DNA of 64,000 nucleotides from an uncultured Bacteroidales bacterium (GTDB lineage: Bacteria > Bacteroidota > Bacteroidia > Bacteroidales > P3), in assembly GCA_905233895.1 (NCBI GenBank), contig CAJOFL010000019.1:1799-65798 (forward strand), read 5' to 3'. A program made the translations under genes and the position numbers. Below, piece after piece: positions 35,344 to 43,863 of this stretch. Within the stretch, counting starts at the first letter, position 1, and the number at the start of each line of letters is the position of its first letter. Under the pieces are notes generated by a model. The model was not told the DNA's origin. It did not search any database and saw only the letters and a program-made list of their open reading frames with translations.

Positions 35344-36264
35344 ATGAAAGTTCTTGTAGCAACTGAAAAACCTTTTGCAAAGGTTGCAGTTGATGGAATT
35401 AAGAAGATTGTCGAGGAAAACGGCTACCAGTTTGCCCTCCTCGAGAAATACACCGACGTGAATGACTTTTACGCCGCCGTTGCCGATGCCGACGCCCTCA
35501 TTGTCCGTAGCGACAAGGTGACCAAAGAGGTTATCGACCACGCCAAAAACCTTAAGATTGTTGTCCGTGCCGGCGCCGGTTTCGACAATCTCGACCTCGA
35601 GGCTTGCACCGCCAAAGGTATCGTCGCCATGAATACCCCCGGTCAGAACAGCAACGCTGTTGCCGAACTGGTGATGGGTATGCTCGTTTACGCTGTCCGT
35701 AACTTCTACAACGGTAAGAGTGGCTCCGAGCTCATGGGCAAGAAACTTGGTATCCTCGCTTTCGGCAATGTGGGTCGCAACGTGGCCCGTATCGCTAAGG
35801 GCTTCGGCATGGAAGTCTACGCCTACGACGCCTTCCTGACCGCCGACCAGATCAACCAGAGCGGTATGGCCACTGCCGTAGCCAACCAGGAAGCCCTGTT
35901 CGAGACCTGCGACGTGGTGTCTCTTCATATCCCCGCCACCGCCGAGACCAAGCAGAGCATCAATTACAATCTCGTTGGCAAGATGCACAAGGGTGGTATC
36001 CTTGTGAACAGTGCCCGTAAGGAAGTCATCGACGAGGCTGGTCTGCTCAAGCTGATGGCCGAGCGCACCGACCTGAAGTATATCACCGACATCATGCCCG
36101 ATGCCGATGCCGACTTCAAGGCATTTGAAGGCCGTTACTTCGCCACTCCCAAGAAGATGGGTGCTCAGACCGAAGAGGCCAACATCAACGCCGGTATCGC
36201 CGCTGCCAACCAGATTGCCGACTTCTTCAAGACCGGCAATAAGAAGTTCCAGGTCAACAAATAA
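35344..36264 (+). CDS. serA: D-3-phosphoglycerate dehydrogenase (short, 306-aa form)
   Basis: MKVLVATEKPF start, NAD-binding GILAFGNVGRNVA, and position after serC. The track start at 35248 is rejected because it would translate the hairpin spacer. Confidence 0.88.
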   Translation: MKVLVATEKPFAKVAVDGIKKIVEENGYQFALLEKYTDVNDFYAAVADADALIVRSDKVTKEVIDHAKNLKIVVRAGAGFDNLDLEACTAKGIVAMNTPGQNSNAVAELVMGMLVYAVRNFYNGKSGSELMGKKLGILAFGNVGRNVARIAKGFGMEVYAYDAFLTADQINQSGMATAVANQEALFETCDVVSLHIPATAETKQSINYNLVGKMHKGGILVNSARKEVIDEAGLLKLMAERTDLKYITDIMPDADADFKAFEGRYFATPKKMGAQTEEANINAGIAAANQIADFFKTGNKKFQVNK

Positions 36265-36325
36265 TTGACAAAGAGTAAGGTAGTAAAGGAGTAAAGTAGA
36301 AATGCTTTGCTCCTTTTTTGGTTCT

Positions 36326-37159
36326 ATGACGCTTTGCATCTTCAATCCGGAACACGACCTCTGTCTGGCGAAGGGCCGGTGGAACTATGTGCCGCCGCTG
36401 TCGGCAGTAGAGTACGCCCGACGTGACGCCAATACCATGCAGGTGCTATATCCGGATGCTTTCTACTGCTCGGTGTATGATTTGACTCGCGAGCGGGCGG
36501 TACAGGCCACCGGGGTGGTGGCATGGGGTTGGGATGCGGTGGTGAGGCATGAACTGCAGAAACGCGGTGTTCCAGTCGATTTGCTGCCTTCGGACGAGGT
36601 GGTTGCCGCCATTCGAGAGTTGCAGCACCGTTCTACCGTCCTTCCGCTTCAGCCCGACTGCCACGCGGTCCGTTCTGTCGCCGAGATGGAGGCGTTGCTG
36701 AAGGAGCGGGAGCATTGGGTAATGAAGGCACCGTGGAGTGGGGCTGGCAGGGGATTGCATTGGGTGCACGGCAGCCTTACAGCTATCGATCGCGACTGGC
36801 TGGTGAAGACGGCTGAGAAGCAACGATGTGTAATTGCCGAGCCTCGACGCGATGTTGCCGCCGATTTGGCGTTGGAGTACATGGATGGCGGCTTTATGGG
36901 ATATTCATATTTCAAGACAGGTGGCGGCGTCTACAAGGAGAACATTCTATGGACCGACGGGCAGATAGAGTCCACCTTCCCGGTATGTGATATACGTGAA
37001 CGTATCGAATCTTGGCTAGCTGCCAACGTGTGGCCGCGCTACCGTGGGCCGCTGGGTGTGGATTTGATGCTCTGCGCCGACGGTAGCATTCATGTCGCCG
37101 AGATTAATTTCCGTCACACTATGGGAATGGTGGCCCATGCTAAAATCAATCAACAATGA
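36326..37159 (+). CDS. Hypothetical ATP-grasp-like protein
   Basis: VMKAPWSGAGRGL and GVDLML...HVAEINFRHT resemble ATP-grasp motifs. The start could be 36302 or 36326. Confidence 0.5.
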   Translation: MTLCIFNPEHDLCLAKGRWNYVPPLSAVEYARRDANTMQVLYPDAFYCSVYDLTRERAVQATGVVAWGWDAVVRHELQKRGVPVDLLPSDEVVAAIRELQHRSTVLPLQPDCHAVRSVAEMEALLKEREHWVMKAPWSGAGRGLHWVHGSLTAIDRDWLVKTAEKQRCVIAEPRRDVAADLALEYMDGGFMGYSYFKTGGGVYKENILWTDGQIESTFPVCDIRERIESWLAANVWPRYRGPLGVDLMLCADGSIHVAEINFRHTMGMVAHAKINQQ

Positions 37160-37722
37160 CATTTATTGAAGCACTGATACTTGCACTGGCACTTTGTGTC
37201 GACACCCTGGTTGTTTCGGCAACCACAGCTTTCCGTAGCAAGATGGCTTATCGCCGTGGGCTGCTTATGGCCTTGATTCTTGGCTTTTGCCAGTTCGCGT
37301 TTCCTTTGGTGGGTGCCATCATTGGCGATGTGGCACGTTCGTTCATCGAAGCTGTCGACCATTGGGTCGCCTTCGGGTTGCTTGCCCTCGTGGGTGGAAA
37401 GATGATTTTCGAGGGAATCCGCAATGAGGAAGAGGACGGCACTTCGAAGTATCAGAAACTCAACGTGGCTACGTTCTTCCTTCTGGGAGTGGCAACAAGT
37501 ATCGACGGTCTGGCGGTTGGCATCGGACTGGGCCTGGACAACCCGATGAGCACAGTGCTGTGGGTTGTCGCCACCATCGGTGTGGTGACGTTTCTGGTAT
37601 CTATGGTGGGCATATATCTTGGCAAGCGAAACATACCCGTACCCGAGCGCGCAGCCACCATCATCGCCGGCTGTGTGCTTGTGGGTTTGGGATTGAAGAT
37701 TCTATTGGAGCACCTGGCTTAG
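37156..37722 (+). CDS. mntP: Manganese efflux pump MntP
   Basis: Two DUF204 halves (LALCVDTLVVS and GVATSIDGLAVG), six TM segments, 188 aa. Confidence 0.88.
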   Translation: MTFIEALILALALCVDTLVVSATTAFRSKMAYRRGLLMALILGFCQFAFPLVGAIIGDVARSFIEAVDHWVAFGLLALVGGKMIFEGIRNEEEDGTSKYQKLNVATFFLLGVATSIDGLAVGIGLGLDNPMSTVLWVVATIGVVTFLVSMVGIYLGKRNIPVPERAATIIAGCVLVGLGLKILLEHLA

Positions 37723-38232
37723 GCTACGGGCGTAGTCGAGCAGGGTAGGGTAGCGGTAGTCTACCAGGAAGGGCTGTGTGGCCCATACGTCGCTGTTGTC
37801 GCCCACCAGCACGGTGGTCATGCCGGCACGGCGACCGAAGAGCATGTCGGTCATGCTGTCGCCCACCATGATGCTTTCTTTTAGCCTTATCTCGGGGTAG
37901 TCGCGTCGGGCCTGCAGTGCCATGCCTATGTTGGGCTTGCGGCGGAAGCTGTGTGCCCGCACCAGTTCGGAACAGTGGTAGATGCGGTCCACGCAGCCCG
38001 GCATGGCGGCGAGCATCTTGTCGTGCACCGCCTGCAGGTCGGCTTCGCTCATCAGCCCTTTGCCGATGCCCTGCTGGTTGGTGACAATGATGATGCGCTC
38101 GAAGTGGCGGCGCAGCAGGCTCATAGCCTCGGACACGCCAGGCAGCAGCACCATCTCATCGGGGCATTTCACGTAATCGTTGGGGCGCAGCACGTTAATC
38201 ACGCCGTCGCGGTCGAGGAACAGGGCTTTCAT
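37702..38232 (-). CDS. gmhB: D-glycero-D-manno-heptose 1,7-bisphosphate phosphatase (HAD-IIIA)
   Basis: FLDRDGVIN motif, VTNQ, GDSMTD. Lies in the heptose operon. Confidence 0.85.
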   Translation of the reverse strand: MKALFLDRDGVINVLRPNDYVKCPDEMVLLPGVSEAMSLLRRHFERIIIVTNQQGIGKGLMSEADLQAVHDKMLAAMPGCVDRIYHCSELVRAHSFRRKPNIGMALQARRDYPEIRLKESIMVGDSMTDMLFGRRAGMTTVLVGDNSDVWATQPFLVDYRYPTLLDYARSLSQVLQ

Positions 38233-38921
38233 ATTGTTGGCAGTTCTGTTTGTGCGCGTGCGTAGTCGTCGGGTACGCCAATGTCGATGAAGTAAGCGTC
38301 AGATGGATAGGCATAGAACGGCTCACGTAGTGGCTGCATTACCTCTTTCTCGAATGAGAATTGAGTGCCAACGGTGTAACCGTCGAGCAACGAGCGGTGC
38401 ATACGGTATATGCCGCCGTTGATATAGCCGCTGCCGAAGGAGGGGTCTTTTTCGCGGAAGGCTGTTATTTGCCCTGCGGCATCGGTCTCCACTGCGCCGT
38501 AGCGTCCGGCATCGTTAACACGTCGTGTCACTATTGTCAGCCTGCCGCCATTGCTATCCGCCATATCGGCGAGCCATCGGTGGTTAATATCGAATAGGGT
38601 GTCGCCGTTGAGCACTGTGATGCACTCTTCTGTGCAGTGTTGCAGTGCGTTGACGATGGCACCGCCGGTGCCGAGGGGTGACATCTCGCGGGCATAGTCT
38701 ATCCTGACACCATTGTATTCGTTGTGGAAATACTCCTCGACTTTTTCGTGCATGTAACCTGTGGCCAGCACGATATGACTGTAACCCTGCAATGCCAGAC
38801 GGTCAATCAACCAGCAGAGGAACGGCCTACCGGCCACTGGTGCCATCGGTTTCGGCACATCGCTCACCACGGTGCGCAGCCGTGTTCCGAATCCCCCGGC
38901 CAATATTATTGCCTCGCTCAT
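38229..38921 (-). CDS. hddC: D-glycero-alpha-D-manno-heptose 1-phosphate guanylyltransferase (sugar nucleotidyltransferase)
   Basis: ILAGGFGTRL motif from the internal ATG at 38921 (MSEAIIL), which overlaps the gmhA stop by 4 nt. Sugar specificity is inferred from operon context. Confidence 0.75.
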   Translation of the reverse strand: MSEAIILAGGFGTRLRTVVSDVPKPMAPVAGRPFLCWLIDRLALQGYSHIVLATGYMHEKVEEYFHNEYNGVRIDYAREMSPLGTGGAIVNALQHCTEECITVLNGDTLFDINHRWLADMADSNGGRLTIVTRRVNDAGRYGAVETDAAGQITAFREKDPSFGSGYINGGIYRMHRSLLDGYTVGTQFSFEKEVMQPLREPFYAYPSDAYFIDIGVPDDYARAQTELPTI

Positions 38922-39493
38922 TTCTTGAACATTGAGCTCTCGACCAGCTCGCAGATGATATGTCCGAGCATGATGTGGCTCTCCTGGATACGTGGCGTGT
39001 CGGTGCTGGGCACGTTGAGCAGCAGGCCGCCGAACTCCTTCATCTTGCCGCCCGTGGCGCCAGTCATCGAGATGATGCTGATGCCCATCTCCTGACACAC
39101 CTTGTAGGCTTCGATGATGTTGCGGCTGTTGCCGCTGGTGCTGATGCCAACCAGCACGTCGCCGCGCTTGGCGGTGCCGCGCAGCAGACGGGCGAAGATA
39201 TACTCGTAGCCGTAGTCGTTGCCCACGGCGGTGAGGTAGCTGGTGTTGCAGTGCAGCGCCTCGGCGTTGAGCGGCGGACGGTCGAAGTAGAAGCGTCCGC
39301 TGAGCTCGGCAGCCAGATGCTGTGCGTCGGCGGCGGACCCGCCGTTGCCGCAGAAGTGTATCTTGCCGCCGTCGCGTAGCGACTGTTCGATGAGATGTGC
39401 CGCCTCGGCTATGGTCTGCATCATCGCCTCGTCAGACAATATGGCCTGCTTCACGGCGACGCTCTGCTCTATTGATTCCTGTATTCTGTTCAT
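38918..39493 (-). CDS. gmhA: Phosphoheptose (sedoheptulose-7-phosphate) isomerase
   Basis: SIS domain with CGNGGSAADAQHLAAEL and GISTSGNS. Confidence 0.92.
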   Translation of the reverse strand: MNRIQESIEQSVAVKQAILSDEAMMQTIAEAAHLIEQSLRDGGKIHFCGNGGSAADAQHLAAELSGRFYFDRPPLNAEALHCNTSYLTAVGNDYGYEYIFARLLRGTAKRGDVLVGISTSGNSRNIIEAYKVCQEMGISIISMTGATGGKMKEFGGLLLNVPSTDTPRIQESHIMLGHIICELVESSMFKK

Positions 39494-39505
39494 GGTATAT
39501 TTGGT

Positions 39506-40525
39506 TTATACTGTCCAGGTCGTGAGACCCTCGGAGGTGAACCCATAACGTTTTGTCTCGCCGCCGAAGGCGGAGAGTGCGCGGCGCACCGCGAAGCGAG
39601 TGAGCCCCGGGCAGTAGAAGAACATGAAGCCGCCGCCGCCGGCGCCGCTGATTTTGCCGCCCGACGCGCCGGCCCCGATGGCAGCCTCGTAGATGGCGTC
39701 GATGCGCTCGTTGCTCACACTCTGGGCCATCTGCTTCTTGTGCTGCCAGCCGAAGTTGAGTATCTCGCCGATGCTCTCCACATGACCTTTGAGCAGGGCC
39801 TCTTTCATCTGCTGGGCCTGCTCCTTGAGGCGGTGCATGCTCTCGATGCTGCTGCTCTTCTTGGCTTTGACGTTTTGCTGCTGCTCCTTGATGATGTCGG
39901 CGCTGACGTGCGAGGTGTCGGTGTAGTATAGCAACAGGTTGTGGTTCAGCTCGTCAATATATTGCTGGCGGACACGCAGCGGGTTGACGATGACGTTGTC
40001 GCCGATGAATTCCATATAGTTGAAGCCGCCGAAGGTGGCTGCATACTGGTCTTGTTTACCACCGGCCAGGCCGAGGTCGATGCGCTCGATTTCGTAGGCC
40101 AGTCGTGCTATGTCGTATTCGCCCAGCGGCAGTTTGAGCCACTCGACGTAGGCGCCGAGTATCGACACCACGAGTGTCGACGAGGTGCCCAGGCCGCTGC
40201 CGGCGGGTGCGTCGACGAACGACGAGATGCGCAGCGAGAGGGGGTGGTGGGTGAACTGGCGCACGATGCGGTTATAGACGCCCTTGTGGAGGATGAAGTA
40301 ACCGTCGGTGTCCACCTCGGTGGCGTTCTCGTACACCTCGCGCAGCCCCTTGTCGGGGGCGAGGAACTCCACGCGGCCGTCGTCGGTGGGTTCGATAGTG
40401 GTGTAGGCATACATGCTGATTGTGGCATTGAGGATTGCGCCGCCGTAAAGGTCGCTGTATGGCGACACATCGGTGCCGCCACCGGCCAGTCCAAGCCGCA
40501 AGGGTGCTTTGCTTCTTATTGTCAC
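39506..40525 (-). CDS. hddA: D-glycero-alpha-D-manno-heptose 7-phosphate kinase (GHMP kinase)
   Basis: APLRLGLAGGGTDV N-terminus, GHMP motif PAGSGLGTSS, C-terminal GGKISGAGGGGF. Confidence 0.82.
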   Translation of the reverse strand: MTIRSKAPLRLGLAGGGTDVSPYSDLYGGAILNATISMYAYTTIEPTDDGRVEFLAPDKGLREVYENATEVDTDGYFILHKGVYNRIVRQFTHHPLSLRISSFVDAPAGSGLGTSSTLVVSILGAYVEWLKLPLGEYDIARLAYEIERIDLGLAGGKQDQYAATFGGFNYMEFIGDNVIVNPLRVRQQYIDELNHNLLLYYTDTSHVSADIIKEQQQNVKAKKSSSIESMHRLKEQAQQMKEALLKGHVESIGEILNFGWQHKKQMAQSVSNERIDAIYEAAIGAGASGGKISGAGGGGFMFFYCPGLTRFAVRRALSAFGGETKRYGFTSEGLTTWTV

Positions 40526-40529
40526 AGTA

Positions 40530-41651
40530 TTATAGTTTTGATATTGCTTCTGTCATGTGTTCCCATTGATACTTCTGTTTTTCCTCGCGTACCCCTTCGG
40601 TGAGGCGGGCAGCCCAGTCCTCGGTGTAGAACCGAACCAGGGCGTCGGCAATCTGTTGCGGGTCGGGCTCGACAACAAATCCCGCCTTCTTGTCGGGCAC
40701 TATCTCGGGCAGGCCGCCGACGTTGGTCACCAGCATGGGCCGCTCGAAGTGGTAGGCAATCTGGCTCACACCGCTCTGGGTGGCCGACTTGTAGGGCTGA
40801 GCCACGATGTCGGCGGCGCAGAAGTAGCGGTTCACCTCGTGGTCGGGGATGAACTCGGTGTGGAGTGCCACGCGTCCGCCGATGTCGAGGCGGTTGACGA
40901 GTTCGTGGTAAGGTTTGGGGTCGCCGTAGAACTCGCCGGCAACGATAAGGCGCACATCCATCCGTTCCAGTCGTTCGTCGGCCATGGCTTTGAGCAGGAG
41001 GTCGAGCCCCTTATATTCACGGATAAATCCGAAGAAGAGTACGAAGCGACCCTCCTCGCGGAGGCCGATTGCGCGGCGGGCCTCGGCGGGGGTGAGCGTG
41101 GCGCCATAGTGGTCGTAGAGAGGGTGGGGGCTGTAGGTTCGCGGGCGGCGGTGCTTCGGGTCGAAACGGTCGATGTCGTCGAGTACCGAGCGGCTGAGGG
41201 TGACGAAGGCGTCGTTGGAGTGTATGAAGTAGGAGGCGAACTGACGGTCGCCTATGCGATGCTCGTGGGGTATGAGGTTGTGGAGTACGGCCACACGGCG
41301 TGTGCCTTTGTGTCGTGCACAGCGCAGGACGGTGCCCAGGCAGGGTGCCATAAAGGGTAGCCAGAAGGCGCTCACGATAAGGTCGGGCTTGCGACGGCGT
41401 ATATAGCGGCCGGTGCTGAGCCAGCTGAAGGGGTTGATGGCGTTCATGCGGCGCGAGATGGGCAGCCCTTCGGGTGCGGGTTCCCCGCTGAACTGAGTCT
41501 TGCCGGGGAAGAGGAACGCCGGGTACTGGAGAGTGAAGGTGATGATTTCCACCTCGTTGCCTTCGGCCTGGTACTGGCGGGCGAGGCGTTCGTTAAAAAC
41601 GGCAATACCGCCGCGGTAAGGCCAGGCGGGCCCCAGGATGACAATTCTCAT
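40530..41651 (-). CDS. Glycosyltransferase, GT4/GT1 (GT-B fold)
   Basis: N-terminus MRIVILGPAWPYRGGIA. C-terminal EX7E-like region with GLPEIV. 373 aa. Confidence 0.8.
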   Translation of the reverse strand: MRIVILGPAWPYRGGIAVFNERLARQYQAEGNEVEIITFTLQYPAFLFPGKTQFSGEPAPEGLPISRRMNAINPFSWLSTGRYIRRRKPDLIVSAFWLPFMAPCLGTVLRCARHKGTRRVAVLHNLIPHEHRIGDRQFASYFIHSNDAFVTLSRSVLDDIDRFDPKHRRPRTYSPHPLYDHYGATLTPAEARRAIGLREEGRFVLFFGFIREYKGLDLLLKAMADERLERMDVRLIVAGEFYGDPKPYHELVNRLDIGGRVALHTEFIPDHEVNRYFCAADIVAQPYKSATQSGVSQIAYHFERPMLVTNVGGLPEIVPDKKAGFVVEPDPQQIADALVRFYTEDWAARLTEGVREEKQKYQWEHMTEAISKL

Positions 41652-41654
41652 TGG

Positions 41655-42068
41655 CTAATTCAGGTTGAAGTTGAGGGGCAGGTTATACTGGGTGCGCACA
41701 CGTTTGCCACGCTGGCGGCCCGGTTTCCACTTGGGCATCTGCTGCACCACGCGCACGGCCTCCTCGCCGCACCCGCCGCCGATGTCGCGGAGCACCTTGA
41801 TGTTAGACACAGAGCCGTCCTTTTCAATCACAAAACTCACAAACACCTTGCCTTGGATTTTATTTTCCTTGGCCTCTTTCGGATACTTGATATTGGTGGC
41901 CAGATAGCGGTAGAGGGCATCCGTGCCGCCGGGGAACTCGGGTTCCTCCTCCACGACTACGAACACATCGTCATCAGCGTCGATACCGGTCTCGACGGCA
42001 TCCACATTCTGTGCCGATAGGGCGGCGCCCGTCAGGGCCAGCAGGATAGTCAGTAAGATTTTTTTCAT
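41655..42068 (-). CDS. Secreted TonB C-terminal-domain protein
   Basis: Signal peptide from the internal ATG (MKKILLTILLALTGAALSAQ). Motifs PEFPGGTDALYRYLATNIKYP and GKVFVSFVIEKDGSVSNIKVLR. Confidence 0.75.
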   Translation of the reverse strand: MKKILLTILLALTGAALSAQNVDAVETGIDADDDVFVVVEEEPEFPGGTDALYRYLATNIKYPKEAKENKIQGKVFVSFVIEKDGSVSNIKVLRDIGGGCGEEAVRVVQQMPKWKPGRQRGKRVRTQYNLPLNFNLN

Positions 42069-42166
42069 AGGCGAAATTTTTTTATAATAACGAGTGGGGG
42101 TGCGATTTATTGTGCCGCGAGTCATTTTTTGCCTTTTTATTAATCGTGCGCGAGGATGTCGAGGGC

Positions 42167-42260
42167 AGGCGTTGATCAGGCGTTGATCAGGCGTTGATCA
42201 GGCGAAGGTGGGGTCAATTTACTGATAATCTAGCGTTTATGTGAATTTTAACATTATATA
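42167..42260 (+). repeat. Modular intergenic repeat, copy 4 (B-type tail). Core is 42167-42214.
   Basis: All three units are AGGCGTTGATC, followed by AGGCGAAGGTGGGGT. The tail contains GTTTATGTGAATTTTAACATTATATA. Confidence 0.85.
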
Positions 42261-42368
42261 ACATTCATTTACAGTAAGTTGGCATTTAAGCAATTTTTTC
42301 TTATGCGTGTGCAATATTATTAATGGGTCGGCGTTATTATATGGAATTGAACTCAACCCCGACGGCCG

Positions 42369-43835
42369 ATGAAACGCTCTCTCACCCTCACCTTCGCTCT
42401 GTTGCTGGCCTCTGTTCTTGCAGCGCAGACTAATGTCCAGATTGTCGGAACTTCGGCCAACGCTGCCGGAAAGACTGTTGAACTCTACTGTTACGACGAT
42501 ATGCTCTCGGGGAGCGAGGTGCTGCTGGACGCCGTCCAGGTTGATTCGGCCGGCTGTTTCCGCCTCGGATGTTATGTCAATTACCCCCGTATGGTGTTTG
42601 TGCAGGTGGAGCAGTACAGCCAGCTTTTCTTTGTCGAGGCCGGCCGCCGCTATGAGGTTTATATCCCCGAGTTTGACTGGGATATTGACGAGCGGCAGAA
42701 TATCCATCTGGCGCCGGTGGCGTTGCCGCTGGAGTTTGTGGGGTTGCCGCATGACGAACTCAATCTCCGCATCGGTCGTTTCGATTCTATTTGTGACAGT
42801 TTCATCGCTGCCAACCGTGTGTGGCTCGATGTGAAGTACCATCCCCAGCGCCGTTATTTCGACTCGCTCGAGGCTGTCCTTACCTCGGCTATGGGGCCGT
42901 TCGACCCCGAGGGCGGTGATTTCTTCGGCCGTTATGCCGCATATACCCTTGCCGAGATGCGTCTTGCGATGCATTTCGACTCGCGCAAGCGGCTTGTGTC
43001 CAAGTTTATCACCGACAAACCAGTACGTTATTACGATGAGCCTTATATGCGGCTCTTCCTCTCGCTCTACGGCGGAACTATCTCGAAGGGCACACGGCGT
43101 GTGCCGCAGGGGCGCCTTGTGAAGTGGGTGGCGGATGGTAACTATGACCGTTACATGGACTCTATTGGCCTCGACCCACTGCTGCGCAACGAGCAGGTCC
43201 GTGAGTTGGCGGTGCTGGAGGCCTTGAAGGAGAGTTATTATGACCGCGAATATGACCGCCAGGGGGTGCGCGATATGGTGCGTACTCTCGGACAGCGCAC
43301 CCGTTTCAAGGAACATCGCGAGATTGCTGACCGCCTGCTGGTCCTCTTCGCTCGAGGCGAGAGCGGTAGCCAGATGCCTGACTTCCGCCTTCCGGATGTG
43401 GATCGGAATCCTGTCTCGCTAGACGATTTCCGTGGCAAATGGGTCTATCTCAGTTTTGTGAGGGTGGGAGACCCACATTCGCAGCGTGAGATTGAGACCC
43501 TCGCTTTTTTCCGCGACAGTATTTATGCCCACAACCCCGATGTGGTTTTCGTCAGCGTCAGTTGTGACCGTGAGTTTCAGAAGATGTACCATTTCCTAAA
43601 GAACAACCGCCGAGGCAAGCGCTACAACTGGACGTGGCTCCATTTCGACGGCAACTACAAACTGCTCGAACACTATGGCGTTGTGAGCTTCCCGACATTC
43701 ATGCTAATTAATCCTGAAGGGCGCCTGCACTACAATGTCACCCCGCCTCCGGCCAGCGGAATTCTCCTGCACGGTCCATGGGAGAAGAAGAAGTCTGTCG
43801 ACGAGGATACCAGCCGCCCGTTTTTCATGAGATGA
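42369..43835 (+). CDS. TlpA/redoxin-like thioredoxin-fold protein lacking the CXXC motif
   Basis: Signal peptide. C-terminal redoxin-like block FRLPDVDRNPVSLDDFRGKWVYLSFVRVGDPHSQ...SFPTFMLINPEG. The position usually holding W-C-x-x-C reads VGDPHS. Confidence 0.65.
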   Translation: MKRSLTLTFALLLASVLAAQTNVQIVGTSANAAGKTVELYCYDDMLSGSEVLLDAVQVDSAGCFRLGCYVNYPRMVFVQVEQYSQLFFVEAGRRYEVYIPEFDWDIDERQNIHLAPVALPLEFVGLPHDELNLRIGRFDSICDSFIAANRVWLDVKYHPQRRYFDSLEAVLTSAMGPFDPEGGDFFGRYAAYTLAEMRLAMHFDSRKRLVSKFITDKPVRYYDEPYMRLFLSLYGGTISKGTRRVPQGRLVKWVADGNYDRYMDSIGLDPLLRNEQVRELAVLEALKESYYDREYDRQGVRDMVRTLGQRTRFKEHREIADRLLVLFARGESGSQMPDFRLPDVDRNPVSLDDFRGKWVYLSFVRVGDPHSQREIETLAFFRDSIYAHNPDVVFVSVSCDREFQKMYHFLKNNRRGKRYNWTWLHFDGNYKLLEHYGVVSFPTFMLINPEGRLHYNVTPPPASGILLHGPWEKKKSVDEDTSRPFFMR

Positions 43836-43863
43836 CCGCAAGCACAAATCGAATAATACGAAG

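Noticed and set aside
37100-37160. A yybP-ykoY manganese riboswitch upstream of mntP.
   Set aside because: mntP overlaps the preceding ORF by 4 nt, which leaves no leader in which a riboswitch could sit.
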